Part shown: piece after piece, positions 1 to 10,200 of the stretch
Numbering within the stretch: position 1 is the stretch's first letter
Layout: the number at the start of each line of letters is the position of its first letter
NCBI GenBank assembly: GCA_977017645.1
Contig: OZ360246.1
Span: forward strand, 54,808,001-54,872,000
DNA from: Torpedo marmorata
Taxonomy: Eukaryota
Direction of reading: 5' to 3'
Length of the DNA stretch: 64,000 bases
Made by a program: the position numbers and the translations under genes
The notes under the pieces: model-generated
What the model was told of the DNA's origin: nothing
Databases searched by the model: none
The model's input: the letters and a program-made list of their open reading frames with translations, nothing else

Positions 1-112
1 CCACACAGACACAGGGAGAACGTACAAACTCCTTACAGACAGCGCCACATTCGAACCTGGGTCGCGGCGCTGTGATAGCATTGAACCAACTGCTACGCTA
101 ACCGTGACACCC
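1..112 (-). mobile_element. tRNA-derived V-SINE (HE1-like), 5' part, cut by the window edge
   Basis: The reverse complement reads gggtgtcacggttagcgtagcagttgg...ccaggttcgaatgtggcgctgtctgtaaggagtttgtacgttctccctgtgtctgtgtgg. This gives a tRNA-like head with a B-box (GGTTCGAAT) followed by the start of the V-domain. It is homologous to the copy at 1356-1594. Confidence 0.85.
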
Positions 113-402
113 TAATTTCAGTTCTTATTTCAGATTTTTTTTAATTTACAATTAATAAGACAGACTTTTTGTCAGAATGGTTCGGAAAGGCCAAGTCTTC
201 CCAATAATCTCTCATTTTCATTGCAGGATGTTATTATGAGCCAATTACCAATTTCAAAGATATGTCTGGCATCATTTAGATCACATACTGGAAGAAATAA
301 TCAAGCCTTGCTCAAACTACCAAATCAGTTCTTCCAGTTTGGAAGCTGCAAGTTCCATTTCCATGGCTTTTTTCACTCAGCTGCTCAATTGCTGAAGTAG
401 GA

Positions 403-583
403 TTTAAGTTCCTCAGAGTAAACATCTCCAGCAACCTGCCCTGGTCCAACCACACTGGCGTAATGGCAAAGAAAGCAAACCAGCGCCTCTACTTCCTCAG
501 AAGGCCAAGAGAATTTGGCATGTCATCTGCATTCCCCCAGCAACTTCTGCAGATGCAGCATTCATAGGATCCAGTCAGAGTGC
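403..583 (+). mobile_element. Degraded non-LTR retrotransposon ORF2 fragment (Rex1/Babar-type, post-RT region)
   Basis: Manual translation from 403 gives FKFLRVNISSNLPWSNHTGVMAKKANQRLYFLRRPREFGM, then after a frameshift SNFCRCSIHRIQSEC. This matches the recalled fish-LINE motif FKFLGxxIxxDLxWxxHxxxxxKKAQQRLYFLRRLRKFG...FYRCTIESIL. Confidence 0.8.
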
Positions 584-990
584 TTCAAATCAAGTCAAGT
601 TTATGTCATTTGATTGCACAAGTACAACCTGATGAAACAACGTTCTCCGGTCCTCGGTGCAAAACACACATACTCACAACCAGACACAACACACATATAG
701 ACAAACAATACATATGCAGGACAAGTATTCATATATACAAATAAATAAATAAATAATGTTTCGTAGATATGAGCGTCTCGGATGGTTAGCGTGGGCAGTT
801 CCTTTGGTCGTACAGCATTCTCACTGTCCGTGTGAAGAAGCTGTTCCTCAGCCTGGTGGTGCTGGCTCTGATACTCCTGTATCTCTTTCCCGATGGGAGC
901 AGCTGAAAGATGCTGTGTGCAGGGTGGAAGGGATCCTCAATGATTTTGCGCGCCCTCTCCAGACAACGATCCCAGTAGATCACGTCGATG
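584..990 (-). mobile_element. 5'-truncated Rex1/Babar-type LINE 3' end, apparently younger, nested in an older copy
   Basis: ORF 786..1070(-) contains IYWDRCLERARKIIEDPFHPAHSIFQLLPSGKRYRSIRASTTRLRNSFFTRTVRML, the typical ORF2 C-terminus. A 3' UTR follows, ending in a short (cttga)-type tandem tail at about 584-600. Confidence 0.85.
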
Positions 991-1015
991 GGGGAGGGGG
1001 AGGGGGAAGGGAGAC

Positions 1016-1355
1016 TACCTTGGAAAATCAGGCAACATATTAAAAGACCCATCTCACCCCAGAAATACATTCTTCACCTCCCTCCCACCGGGAAGAAGTC
1101 ATGAGTGTGAGATCACACACCGCCAGATTCGAGGGCAGTTTCATTCCCATCGTTATCAGACACCTGAATGAATCTAACACGAGCAAAATGATGTTGCCTT
1201 TGCCTTATACCAATCAATCTCTCTGTAACTCTGCACGCTGTACTGTTTTTAACTGCTGCACTATGGATGGTTTGACTACCTGGACTGCTCACAAAAGAAA
1301 CTTTCTCAGCTTGGTACATGTGACAATAAATATGAACTTTATATGAAAATATGAA
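1016..1355 (+). mobile_element. Continuation and 3' end of the plus-strand Rex1/Babar-type LINE
   Basis: Translates as YLGKSGNILKDPSHPRNTFFTSLPPGR, then after a frameshift SVRSHTARFEGSFIPIVIRHLN. The 3' UTR has gtacatgtgacAATAAA and a degenerate (tatgaa)n tail. Confidence 0.75.
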
Positions 1356-1594
1356 GGGCAGCACGGTTAGTGTGGCGGTTAGCGCAACGCTGTTTCAGCG
1401 CCAGCGACCGGGGTTCGAATCCTGCACTGTCTGTAAGGACTTTGTACGTTCTCCCCGTGTCTGCGTGGGTTTCGTCTGAGTGCTCCGGTTTCCTCCCACC
1501 CTTCAAAATGTACCAGGGTTGTCGGATAATTGGGTGTAATTGGGCGGCATGGGGTCGTGGTATGTCTAAATTTTTTTTTTAATTAAAAATAAAA
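1356..1594 (+). mobile_element. tRNA-derived V-SINE (HE1-like)
   Basis: Head gggcagcacggttagtgtggcggttagcgc, B-box GGTTCGAATCC at 1412-1422, V-domain tttgtacgttctccccgtgtctgcgtgggtttc...tgctccggtttcctcccac, and an A/T-rich tail. Confidence 0.9.
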
Positions 1595-3002
1595 CTTGAA
1601 CTTTAGCACCACATACCTCAAACCCCTAAGTTCACAGCAGCAACACACAACTGCCAGCTCACACCAAAGGTTCGTAAGATGCTGATCCTCATGCTGGTGA
1701 AACACATATCTATCTGTTGCTCATTATTAATTCATCGCTCTGGAATACGACAATTTTCTCAGCACCTCGATTTATTAACCTATATTTATCTTCTAGAATC
1801 CATTTTCCATATGCAGGTTTTGTGATGTTGAGCCAAATCTATTCAGAATAGCACAGTATCCACATTCTGTTTTCCTTTTGCAATATCAATACCTCTTAAA
1901 AACTTTATCGACGAAACATATTCCTGCTCAAAATGTTTTATTTAATTTGCAGTAAAAAGTAGGATGCAGCCCACGTGATTTTGAGTGAGCTCTCAGCTGT
2001 GGATGTACTGCATGCAGTCTGTATGTTAAATATTCAGTGCTTTACAGCAAATGCTGGAGATTTCCAAAATAATCGGCATTGGAGAAGGAAGACATATACA
2101 TGCAGGAGCTCGCAACCGTTGGCCCTTGACTTACAGGGCACCATTAAACACATGGATTTGAGGGGCAATTTTTTTTTCTTTCCACAATTTATTTAAGCTG
2201 CAAGCTGCAATATGCAATCAAGTTATTTCCTGCAACAGCCCTGCAATTGCACTTTCAATAAATAAAATGCATGCAATCGAATAAAGTGGAACAAAGGAAA
2301 ACGATAGCTTAGCAGCTCAACATTAGCATTCTCCGTGAAACCCTCCCGTGATGACACACTCATCAGCGCACAATGTGACAAAAAGGACCAAAATAAAGAG
2401 AACAGCAAGAAGGGAGTTTCCTTTGGATACCAGAAAACAAAGATGCAATTCTATGCCTTGGATTTGTAGGTAGAGAACAATTCTGATTAATCTCTGAAAT
2501 TCAGCGTTAAACCTATTCCCGTTTCATATTTATAACATGCAAGCATTGCTCCCTCCATTGTTCTATTCTCCAAATGCCCAATTTCAGTGGATCCCAGTTC
2601 ATCTTGACGCCTCACTTATCTGTCAGCTTGTTTTGTCACTTGTCTCAAAAACAATTTTCTCACATATATTCAAGTTATCATTTCTTTTTGGGTTTGCGTC
2701 AGTTCAATGTAAACTAATCCCTGATATAATTAAGTCTGGCAGAAAATGTAGTCTGCAGCGTAAAGACAAAATTCCCACTTTAGGCTTAATGCAGAGCTTG
2801 AGCAGTTCCTGACTAAAGGTTACGGTGGGAGCAAATTTGAACTGGCGAAGAGTGGCAGAGCTCCAGGAGAAAGGACCATGGCAACTTGATTGTGAATTAC
2901 CTGGAACACCGTGAACCCTTCTGCCCTGAACTCCATGCCAGGGGCACATTCTAGACCACCAACCACTAGCACACTTTGCTCCTTGTAAACTAATTTTCTT
3001 GA

Positions 3003-3242
3003 ACATCTACAAGATATAGGAGCAGAAGTAGGCCCATCAGCCCATCGAGTCTGCTCCGCCATTCTAATCATAAGCTGATCCATCCTCCCACTCAGCCCCA
3101 CTCCCCGGCTTTCTCCCCGTAACCCTTGATGCCCTGACTAATCAAACACCTGTCAGTCTCTGCCTTAAATACACCCTGTGACCTCGCTTCCACAGCCACC
3201 TGTGGCGACAAGTTCCAGACTCACGACCCTCTGGCTAAAGAA
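3003..3242 (-). mobile_element. CR1-clade (HER1-like) LINE 3' terminus
   Basis: The minus strand encodes FFSQRVV...VFKAETDRCLISQGIKGYGEKAG. It ends in gaatggcggagcagactcgatgggctgatgggcctacttctgctcctatatcttg, the characteristic elasmobranch CR1 3' UTR. Confidence 0.85.
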
Positions 3243-3830
3243 CATCACAAATAACCGTTATCCAAACTCCCCCTTTTACGTAAAACTGGGAGAAAAATTG
3301 CAGTCACCAGCTACTCCACGTGTACCTGCAGCTGCTCTCTTTAACATCAACTCAAATGATCAACCAATTCATCCATGTGCACACGCTAACTCCCTGAGCA
3401 GGCAGCCAGCTTCAGCCTGCTGGAGTAGCCCTGAGACTGACTGACAGTCCATACTGCTAATTAACCCAATCGCCGTACAGATAGAAAAGTTAACATCAAC
3501 TGAAAAGACACCCCATCTCGATCACAACACAAATCCAGCTTTCCTCAGAGTAATCCTGGACCACACACTTTCTTACAACAGCCACACTGAATTCAAAAAG
3601 AAAATTTCTGCCTGAATCAATATCATCCGGGATGTTGCACACTAGAAAAGCAGGGATATGCCAACCACAACTAGACTTAGTGATCCTTTCTCCTGTATCG
3701 AGTGCTTGTCTAGAGTGGGAACGCTCTGTCCGTACAACATGGCCCAGTGCTGGCTGCATTCAACCAGCAAATATCTGCAGTCTGCATTACCGCAGATCCT
3801 ACAGATGGAACCAAAAGAAAGAGAAAACCA
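3243..3830 (+). mobile_element. Highly degraded Vingi/Ingi-like LINE reverse-transcriptase relic
   Basis: Collinear peptide remnants FYVKLGEK, LFNINSNDQPIHP, NPAFLRVILDHTLSY and ACLEWERS resemble the recalled Vingi/Ingi RT motifs FFVE, LFNIYTNDQP, PKYLGVTLDRTLTY and YACPVW. Many indels and stops are present. Confidence 0.55.
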
Positions 3831-4149
3831 CGTGGGAGGTCTCATCACTGCAGTAAAACAGCTTCAGGTAACCAGCGCTGGCATGAAAATCATCAGCAAG
3901 AACTGTGCAGACACAAGTGGGAGATCTTGACTGTGGAGTCAACAGGACGGTAGGATGATCAAGCAGCTTGGTGTTGGAGCAGAGGAGAAATAGGTCACCT
4001 GGAAGACCCCACGTTACATCAACTGAGTGGTCAGGAGCCAACAGAGCGAAGAGGGGCTTTGTTCATGCAGAATGTGAGTTTTAAAGTATTGACAAAAGTA
4101 GAGAAGCAGAGCACATTCCATTGGGTAGGTTGATGATTCAGCAAGGCTA

Positions 4150-4620
4150 AGGCTGATTGTGAAGAACAACTCCTTATTTCCAAAAACAGTAAAACATTGG
4201 GTAAGGGACACTAACCGGTGTAACGAATCCTCAGAAACATCCCAAGTCTGTTCAAATGTTCTGGAAATCTGGAAGTTTGTCTGTATAAATATGCAACTTG
4301 TGAGCCAAGCGGCAGACTCCCTTGTGGTGAGACTAGCTGCATGTGGCAGTGCCCCTCGCTGGAACAGAGTTCTTGCGCTTTGCAAAGCAACAATAAAGTA
4401 TGGTGAAATATGCAACTGTATTTGCATTTGTTTGTCAAGTAATCTCAGTTGCACTTTCCCATTACAGTGCCTGCGATTATGGTGAGAGGTGGATTGTGAA
4501 ACACCTTTTTGTTGGCTCACTGCTCAAGGAGAGCACAAAATAGCCCGAGATCAACGCTGGGCCAACTCATGAGCCATGGAATGGAGCTTGATGGCTTTAG
4601 TTGGTGAACACAAGATAACA
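4150..4620 (-). mobile_element. Possible very old RTE-like LINE RT fragment
   Basis: Only weak remnants, such as SEDSLHRLV...FTISL in ORF 4014..4520(-), reminiscent of RTE 'SEEALQRL...GLTISLKKT'. No intact YADD motif is visible. Confidence 0.25.
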
Positions 4621-5667
4621 ACTCACTCACATTTGCATCACAACCACACGAAGTCAACCAATCTCCAGATCCAGCAAGTCTGACAGCACTGAAAAGTTGG
4701 TGTTTATGTTCTACATGAACTTTCTATCTGCCTTGGTATTGACCCTTGTATTCCCTTCTCTCTTACATACTAGAGCAGCTTCCACTTAATCAATCTATTT
4801 ACTCAATGCCACGATCATCCATCTGTATCACTCCGAATGAAGATGCTGCTCCTGATTTATTACTCCTGACAAGTGGGGACTCCCAGCCAGGATGCATGAG
4901 GACAAGGAGCAAGTCGCACAGTAAATCCGAATTCAAAATCACAAATTCTTGAGGTGGGTTACGAACAAGTGTTTTCCCATTGACAGAACGATCACGCTCA
5001 TGTACCATCCACACATGGAAGTTTAATCTACTCAACACATGATTTTATGAACGTTTTCACCCAGCACCAAAACACAGGCCACGCCATCAAAGTAACATAC
5101 ATTTTACAAACTGGATCCAAGATGGAAGTGAACTCTCCACTCCCACACTCCCACTGGGCTCACTTTTGGCAAATGACCCAACATCAAGGCAGGAGGGGCA
5201 GTACAGGCCACAAGAAATTCTTCCTCCAGGACAAATGTGGAGCAAGCAAGGTCCTGTTGGAGGGACCAGCACATCAGGCACATCCATGGGTAGAAATGGG
5301 AGATCAACAATCCGGCCGGGAATCTTTATCAGACCAGAGGGAAAAGGTGATATCACGTGTATAAAGGGGAAAAGAAGCTGGGGGAGGGGGGACAGAAGTG
5401 ATAGGTGTGGGAGGTGGCGAGGCAGGTAAAGGGAGAAACCACAGGAAGGCGGGAGGAAACGTTAGAAGGAAAGAAGTACAGCAGTGGGTAAAGATGAGAT
5501 GGAAACAGAAGGAGGTGGGGGTTACGTAAAATGTGAAACATCAAAGACTGTGCAGAGAGGGTCAAGGTTGTCCTGGGACAAGTGTCAGGAAGTCAGGAGG
5601 AAAATCCATGGCTCGCACATCCCTGGTCCGGAGCACGGACGTAATGTGACCCCCGGGCCGTGTCAAA

Positions 5668-5892
5668 CCCCCGCACCGGGACCCCCGGGCCGTGCCCCCC
5701 ACCACCGGGACCCCCCTCCCGCACACCGGGACCCCCCCCCGCACACCGGGACCACTGGACCGCCCCCCCCCCCACACCTGGACCCCTGGACCGCCCCCCC
5801 CCCCACACCGGGACCCCCCCCCCCGCACACTGGGACCCCTGGACCACCCACCCCCCCCCCCCCCACACCGGGACCCCTGGACCGGGACCCCG
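5668..5892. repeat. GC-rich minisatellite (cccc(n)[g/c]cacaccgggaccc[ctgga])n, G-quadruplex-prone on the minus strand
   Basis: About 8 imperfect copies of caccgggacc/cacctggacc separated by long C tracts. Confidence 0.8.
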
Positions 5893-6158
5893 TCTCCGGA
5901 GGGATGCCCCAGCCTGAGCTGATGATGGTGCGGACACTTACAACGCGATGCGCCGGGCACAGTAACTCCGTGCACACAACGTGGACACAACGTGGACAAC
6001 TTTCCCTGTCCCTGCCCCCGGGGAGGGAGCGTGAACACCGAGCCGCAGTGTCCGCGCTCGGGACGGACGCCCGTCGCTCGGCAGCCCGCCCCGCCTCGCC
6101 CCGCCATCCTCCCGCTCCCGCAACCCCGGTCCGCGCCGAGCGGCAGAGCGCGGAGTAC

Positions 6159-6210
6159 CTTCCAGCGCCCCCGCGGCGGGGAGCAGCCACACGATCCAGA
6201 AGATGGCCAT
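6159..6210 (-). CDS. First coding exon (signal peptide MAIFWIVWLLPAAGALE + 1 nt) of a secreted or type-I membrane protein; best guess an EphB-family receptor tyrosine kinase (EPHB4-like layout)
   Basis: ATG at 6210 in a strong Kozak context (ccacaATGG), a hydrophobic 17-aa leader ending A-G-A-L-E, then a donor GAAG|GTACTC at 6159/6158 (52 nt, phase 1), all inside a CpG island. From recall, EphB first exons end in ...A(L/V/M)E-G|, and human EPHB4 exon 1 encodes 52 coding nt (MELRVLLCWASLAAALE+G). Exon 2 was not found in the window, so the gene identity is unconfirmed. Confidence 0.6.
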
Positions 6211-7249
6211 TGTGGAGAGCGCTGAGCGCCGACTGCCTGCCTGCCCTGGCCGCGGAACGCCGACTGAGGCGCCGCACCATCCGCGGCGCGGGGAGGGGTC
6301 GCCTCGCAGCCGGCCAGCCCAGCTCGCCTCCCCCACGGGCGTACGCCGCGTCTCCGGCAGCCGCCACCTTCGGCGTTCCAGTAACAGCCCAGTCCACGTT
6401 CACCACAGCAAGCACAAAGCAACGTGGTGCACCCCTGTCCACGATTACTCCTCGCTCCCCCACCCCCGGCCGCAGTGGTACCTTCCGCGGCTGTCAATCA
6501 TCCAGATGTGGTTGTAGATCAGCTCCCCCGGCTCAGCGCTGCTCTGGTCAGGCACTGCACTTCCAGGTGTCCTCCCCTCCCCCCGGCTATGCGCTGCTCT
6601 GGTCAGGCACCGCAATTCCAGATGTGTCCCACGGCTCTTCGCTGCTCTGGTCAGGCACTGCAGTTCCAGATGTGCCAACCCAGCTCTGCGCTGCACTGGT
6701 CAGTCACTGTCACCAGAATGGACCCCCGGCTCAGCGCTGCTCTGGTCAGGCACTGCAATTACAGATGTGTCCCCGGCTGTGCTGCTCTGGTCAGAACCTG
6801 AAATTCCAGATGTGGCCCCCGGCTCTGCGCTGCCCTGGTCATACACTGCAATTTCAGATGTGCCCCCGGCTCTGAGCTGCTCTGATGAGAGACTGCAATT
6901 CCAGATGTGGACCCGGCTCTGTGATGCTCTGCCAAGTCACTAAAATTCCAGATGTTCCTCCGGCTCTGCTCTGGTCAGGCACTGCAATTCCAGATGTGTC
7001 CCCTGGCTCAGCACTGCTCTGGTCAGGCTCTGCAATTCCAGATGTGTCCCCTGGCTCAGCACTGCTCTGGTCAGGCTCTGCAATTCCAGATGTGTCCCCT
7101 GGCTCAGCACTGCTCTGGTCAGGCTCTGCAATTCCAAATGTGACCCCCGGCTCTGCGCTGCTCTGGTCTGGCACTACAATTCCAGATGTGCCACCCAGCT
7201 CTGCGCTCTCTGGTCAGAGACTGCAATTCCAGATGTGACCGGGCTCTGC

Positions 7250-10200
7250 GCTGCTCTGGTCAGGCACCACAATTCCAGATGTGTCTCCGGCTCTGCACTG
7301 CTCTGGTGAGTCACTGCAATTCCAAATGTGCCCACGGCTCTGCGCTGCTCTGGTCAGGCACTGCAATTCCAGAAGTTCCCCTTGCTCTGAGCTGCTCGGA
7401 ACAGATAATGAAATTCCAGATGTGGCCCGGCTCTGTGCTGCTCTGGTCAGTCACTGCAATTCCAGATGTGCCTCTGGCTCTGCTCTGGTCAGGCACTGCA
7501 ATTTCACATGTAACCCCTGGCTCTTCGCTGCTCTGGTCAGGCACTGCCATTCCAGATGTGACCACACGGCTCCGCACTGCTCTGGTCTGGCATTACATTT
7601 CCAGATGTGGGCCCTGGCTCAGCGCTCCTCTGGTCAGTCACTGCAATTCCAGATGTGACCATCCGCTCGGCACTGCTCTGGTCATGCACTGCAGTTCCAA
7701 ATGTGCCAACCCGGCTCTGCACTGCACTGGTCAGAGACTGCAATTCCAGATGTGGCCCCGGCTCTGCCGTGCTCTGGTCAGTCACTGTAATTCCAGTATT
7801 GCACCATGGCTCTGTGCTGCTCTGGTCAGGTACTGCAGTTCCAGATGTGGTGGCCTGGTTCTGTGCTGCTCTGTTCAGACACTACAATTCCAGATGTTCC
7901 CCGGCTCTACGCTGCATTAGTTAGAGTGCAATTCCAGATGTGGCCATGGCTCTGCCCTTCTCTGGTCACACTGCTGTTCCAGATGTGCCCCCACCCGGCT
8001 CTGTGCTATATTGGTCAGTCACTGCAATTCCAGATGTGGCCCCCGATTCTGTGCTGATCTGGTCAGCCACTACAAATCGAGTTGCCACCCCAGCTCTGCA
8101 CTGCTCTAGTCAGAGGCTGCAAATCCAGATGAGGCTCCAACTCTGCACTGCTCTGGTCATACACTGTAATTTCAGATGTGTGCCCCCGGCTCTGTGCTGC
8201 TCTGGTCATGCACTATAATTCCAGATGTGCCCCAGGCTCTGAACTGCTCTGATCAGAGACTACAATTCCAGATGTGGCCCCGGCTCTGCGCTGCTCTGGT
8301 CAGGCAACTCAATTCCAGATGTTTCCCCGGCTCTGCGCTGTTCTGGTCAGGCACTGCATTTCCAGATGTGGCCCCTGGCTCAGCACTGCTCTGGTCAGAC
8401 ACAGCAATTTCACATGTGGTCCCTCGGCTCTGCGCTGCTCTGGTCAGAGACTGCAATTCCAGATGTGACGCTACTCTGTGCTGATCTGGTCAGTAACAAC
8501 AATTCCAGATGTGCCCCCGGCTCTGAGCTGCTCTGATGAGAGACTGCAATTCCAGATGTGGACCCGGCTCTGTGCTGCTCTGGCCAGTCACTGAAATTCC
8601 AGATGTTGCCCTGACTCAGTGATGCTCTGGTCAGGCACTGCAATTCCCAGTGTGACCACCCGGCTTCGCACTGCTCTGGTCAGGCACTGCATTTCCAGAT
8701 GTGTCCCCTGGCTCAGCACTGCTCTGGTCAGGCTCTGCTATTCCAGATGTGACCCCCAGCTCTGCGCTGCTCTGGTCTGGCACTACAGTTCCAGATGTGC
8801 CACCCCGGCTCTGCGTTCTCTGGTCAGAGACTGCAATTCCAGATTTGACCTGGCTCTGCGCTGCTCTGGTCAGGCACCACTATTCCAGATGTGTCTCCGG
8901 CTCTGCACTGCTCTGGTGAGTCACTGCAATTCCAGATGTGCCCACGGCTCTGTGCTGCTCTGGTCATACACTGCAATTTCAGATGTGGGCCCCCGGCTCT
9001 GTGCTGCTCTGACCAGATAATGCAATTCCAGATGTGACCCGGCTCTGCCCTGCTCTGGTCAGTCACTGCAATTCCAGATGTTCCTCTGGCTCTGCTCTGG
9101 TCAGGCACTGCAATTTCACATGTAACCCCTGGCTCTTCGCTGCTCTGGTCAGGCACTGCCATTCCAGATGTGACCACACGGCTCCGCACTGCTCTGGTCT
9201 GGCACTGCATTTCCAGATGTGGGCCCTGGCTCAGCGCTCCTCTCGTCAGTCACTGCAATTCCAGATGTGACCACCCGTTCGGCACTGCTCTGGTCAGGCA
9301 CTGCAGTTCCAAAAGTGCCAACCCGGCTCTGCACTGCACTGGTCAGAGACTTCAATTCCAGATGTGGCCCCGGCTCTGCCCTGCTCTGGTCAGTCACTGT
9401 AATTCCAGTATTGCACCATGGCTCTGTGCTGCTCTGGTCAGGTACTGCAGTTCCAGATGTGGTGGCCTGGTTCTGTGCTGCTCTGTTCAGACACTACAAT
9501 TCCAGATGTTCCCCGGCTCTGCACTGCATTAGTCAGTGCAATTCCAGATTTGGACCTGGCTCTGTCCTGCTCTGGTCACACTGCAATTCAAGATGTGCCA
9601 CCGCCCGGCTCTGTGCTATTTTGGTCAGTCACTGCAATTCCAGATGTGGCCCCGGTTCTGTGCTGATCTGGTCAGCCACTACAAATCGAGTTGCCACCCC
9701 AGCTCTGCACCGCTCTAGTCAGAGGCTGAAAATCCAGATGTGGCTCCAACTCTGCACTGCTCTGGTCATACTCTGTAATTTCAGATGTAAGCCCCCGGCT
9801 CTGTGCTGCTCTGGTCAGGCCCTATAATTCCAGATGTGCCCCCGGCTCTGAACTGCTCTAATCAGAGACTACAATTCCAGATGTTTCCCCGGCTCTGCGC
9901 TGTTCTGGTCAGTCACTTCAATTTCAGAGGTGACCCTCGGTCCTGCATTGCACTGGTCAGGCACTGAAATTCCAGATATGGCACTCCGGCTCTGTTCTGC
10001 TCTGGTCAGGCACGGCATTTCCAAATATGGCCCCTGGCTCAGCACTGCTCTGGTCAGACACAGAAATTTCACATGTGGTCCCTCGGCTCTGCGCTGCTCT
10101 GGTTTGGCACTACAATTCCAGATGTGACACCCCAGCTCTGCGCTGCTCTGGTCAGAGACAGCAATTCCAGATGTGCCCCCGGCTCTGAGCTGCTCTGATG

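Larger units (their letters stand above)
5620..6490. promoter_or_regulatory. CpG island: promoter, 5' UTR, exon 1 and start of intron 1 of a minus-strand gene
   Basis: Abrupt switch to very high GC with dense CpG (e.g. ccgcgccgagcgg, gcgccgcaccatccgcggcgcg, cgggcgtacgccgcg). The + strand is C-rich left of the exon, so the sense strand is G-rich downstream of a minus-strand start, as is typical of CpG-island promoters. Confidence 0.8.

Noticed and set aside
1617-1693. Minus-strand exon candidate with a strong GAG|GTATGT donor
   Set aside because: It gives an immediate stop in the phase required by exon 1 and no recognisable peptide.
2901-3006. Minus-strand exon candidate (acceptor from the CR1 tail, donor CAG|GTAATT)
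   Set aside because: Spliced to exon 1 it reads D-V-Q-E-N-stop with no Eph-like sequence. At most it is a cryptic exon.
5340-5530. Purine-rich tract possibly from a Penelope-like repeat
   Set aside because: Low complexity with no diagnostic coding motif, so it cannot be assigned by eye.
5484-6875. 463-aa Pro-rich ORF and overlapping Gly/Arg-rich minus ORFs
   Set aside because: Stop-poor by-products of the GC-rich minisatellite, CpG island and satellite, with no recognisable domain.
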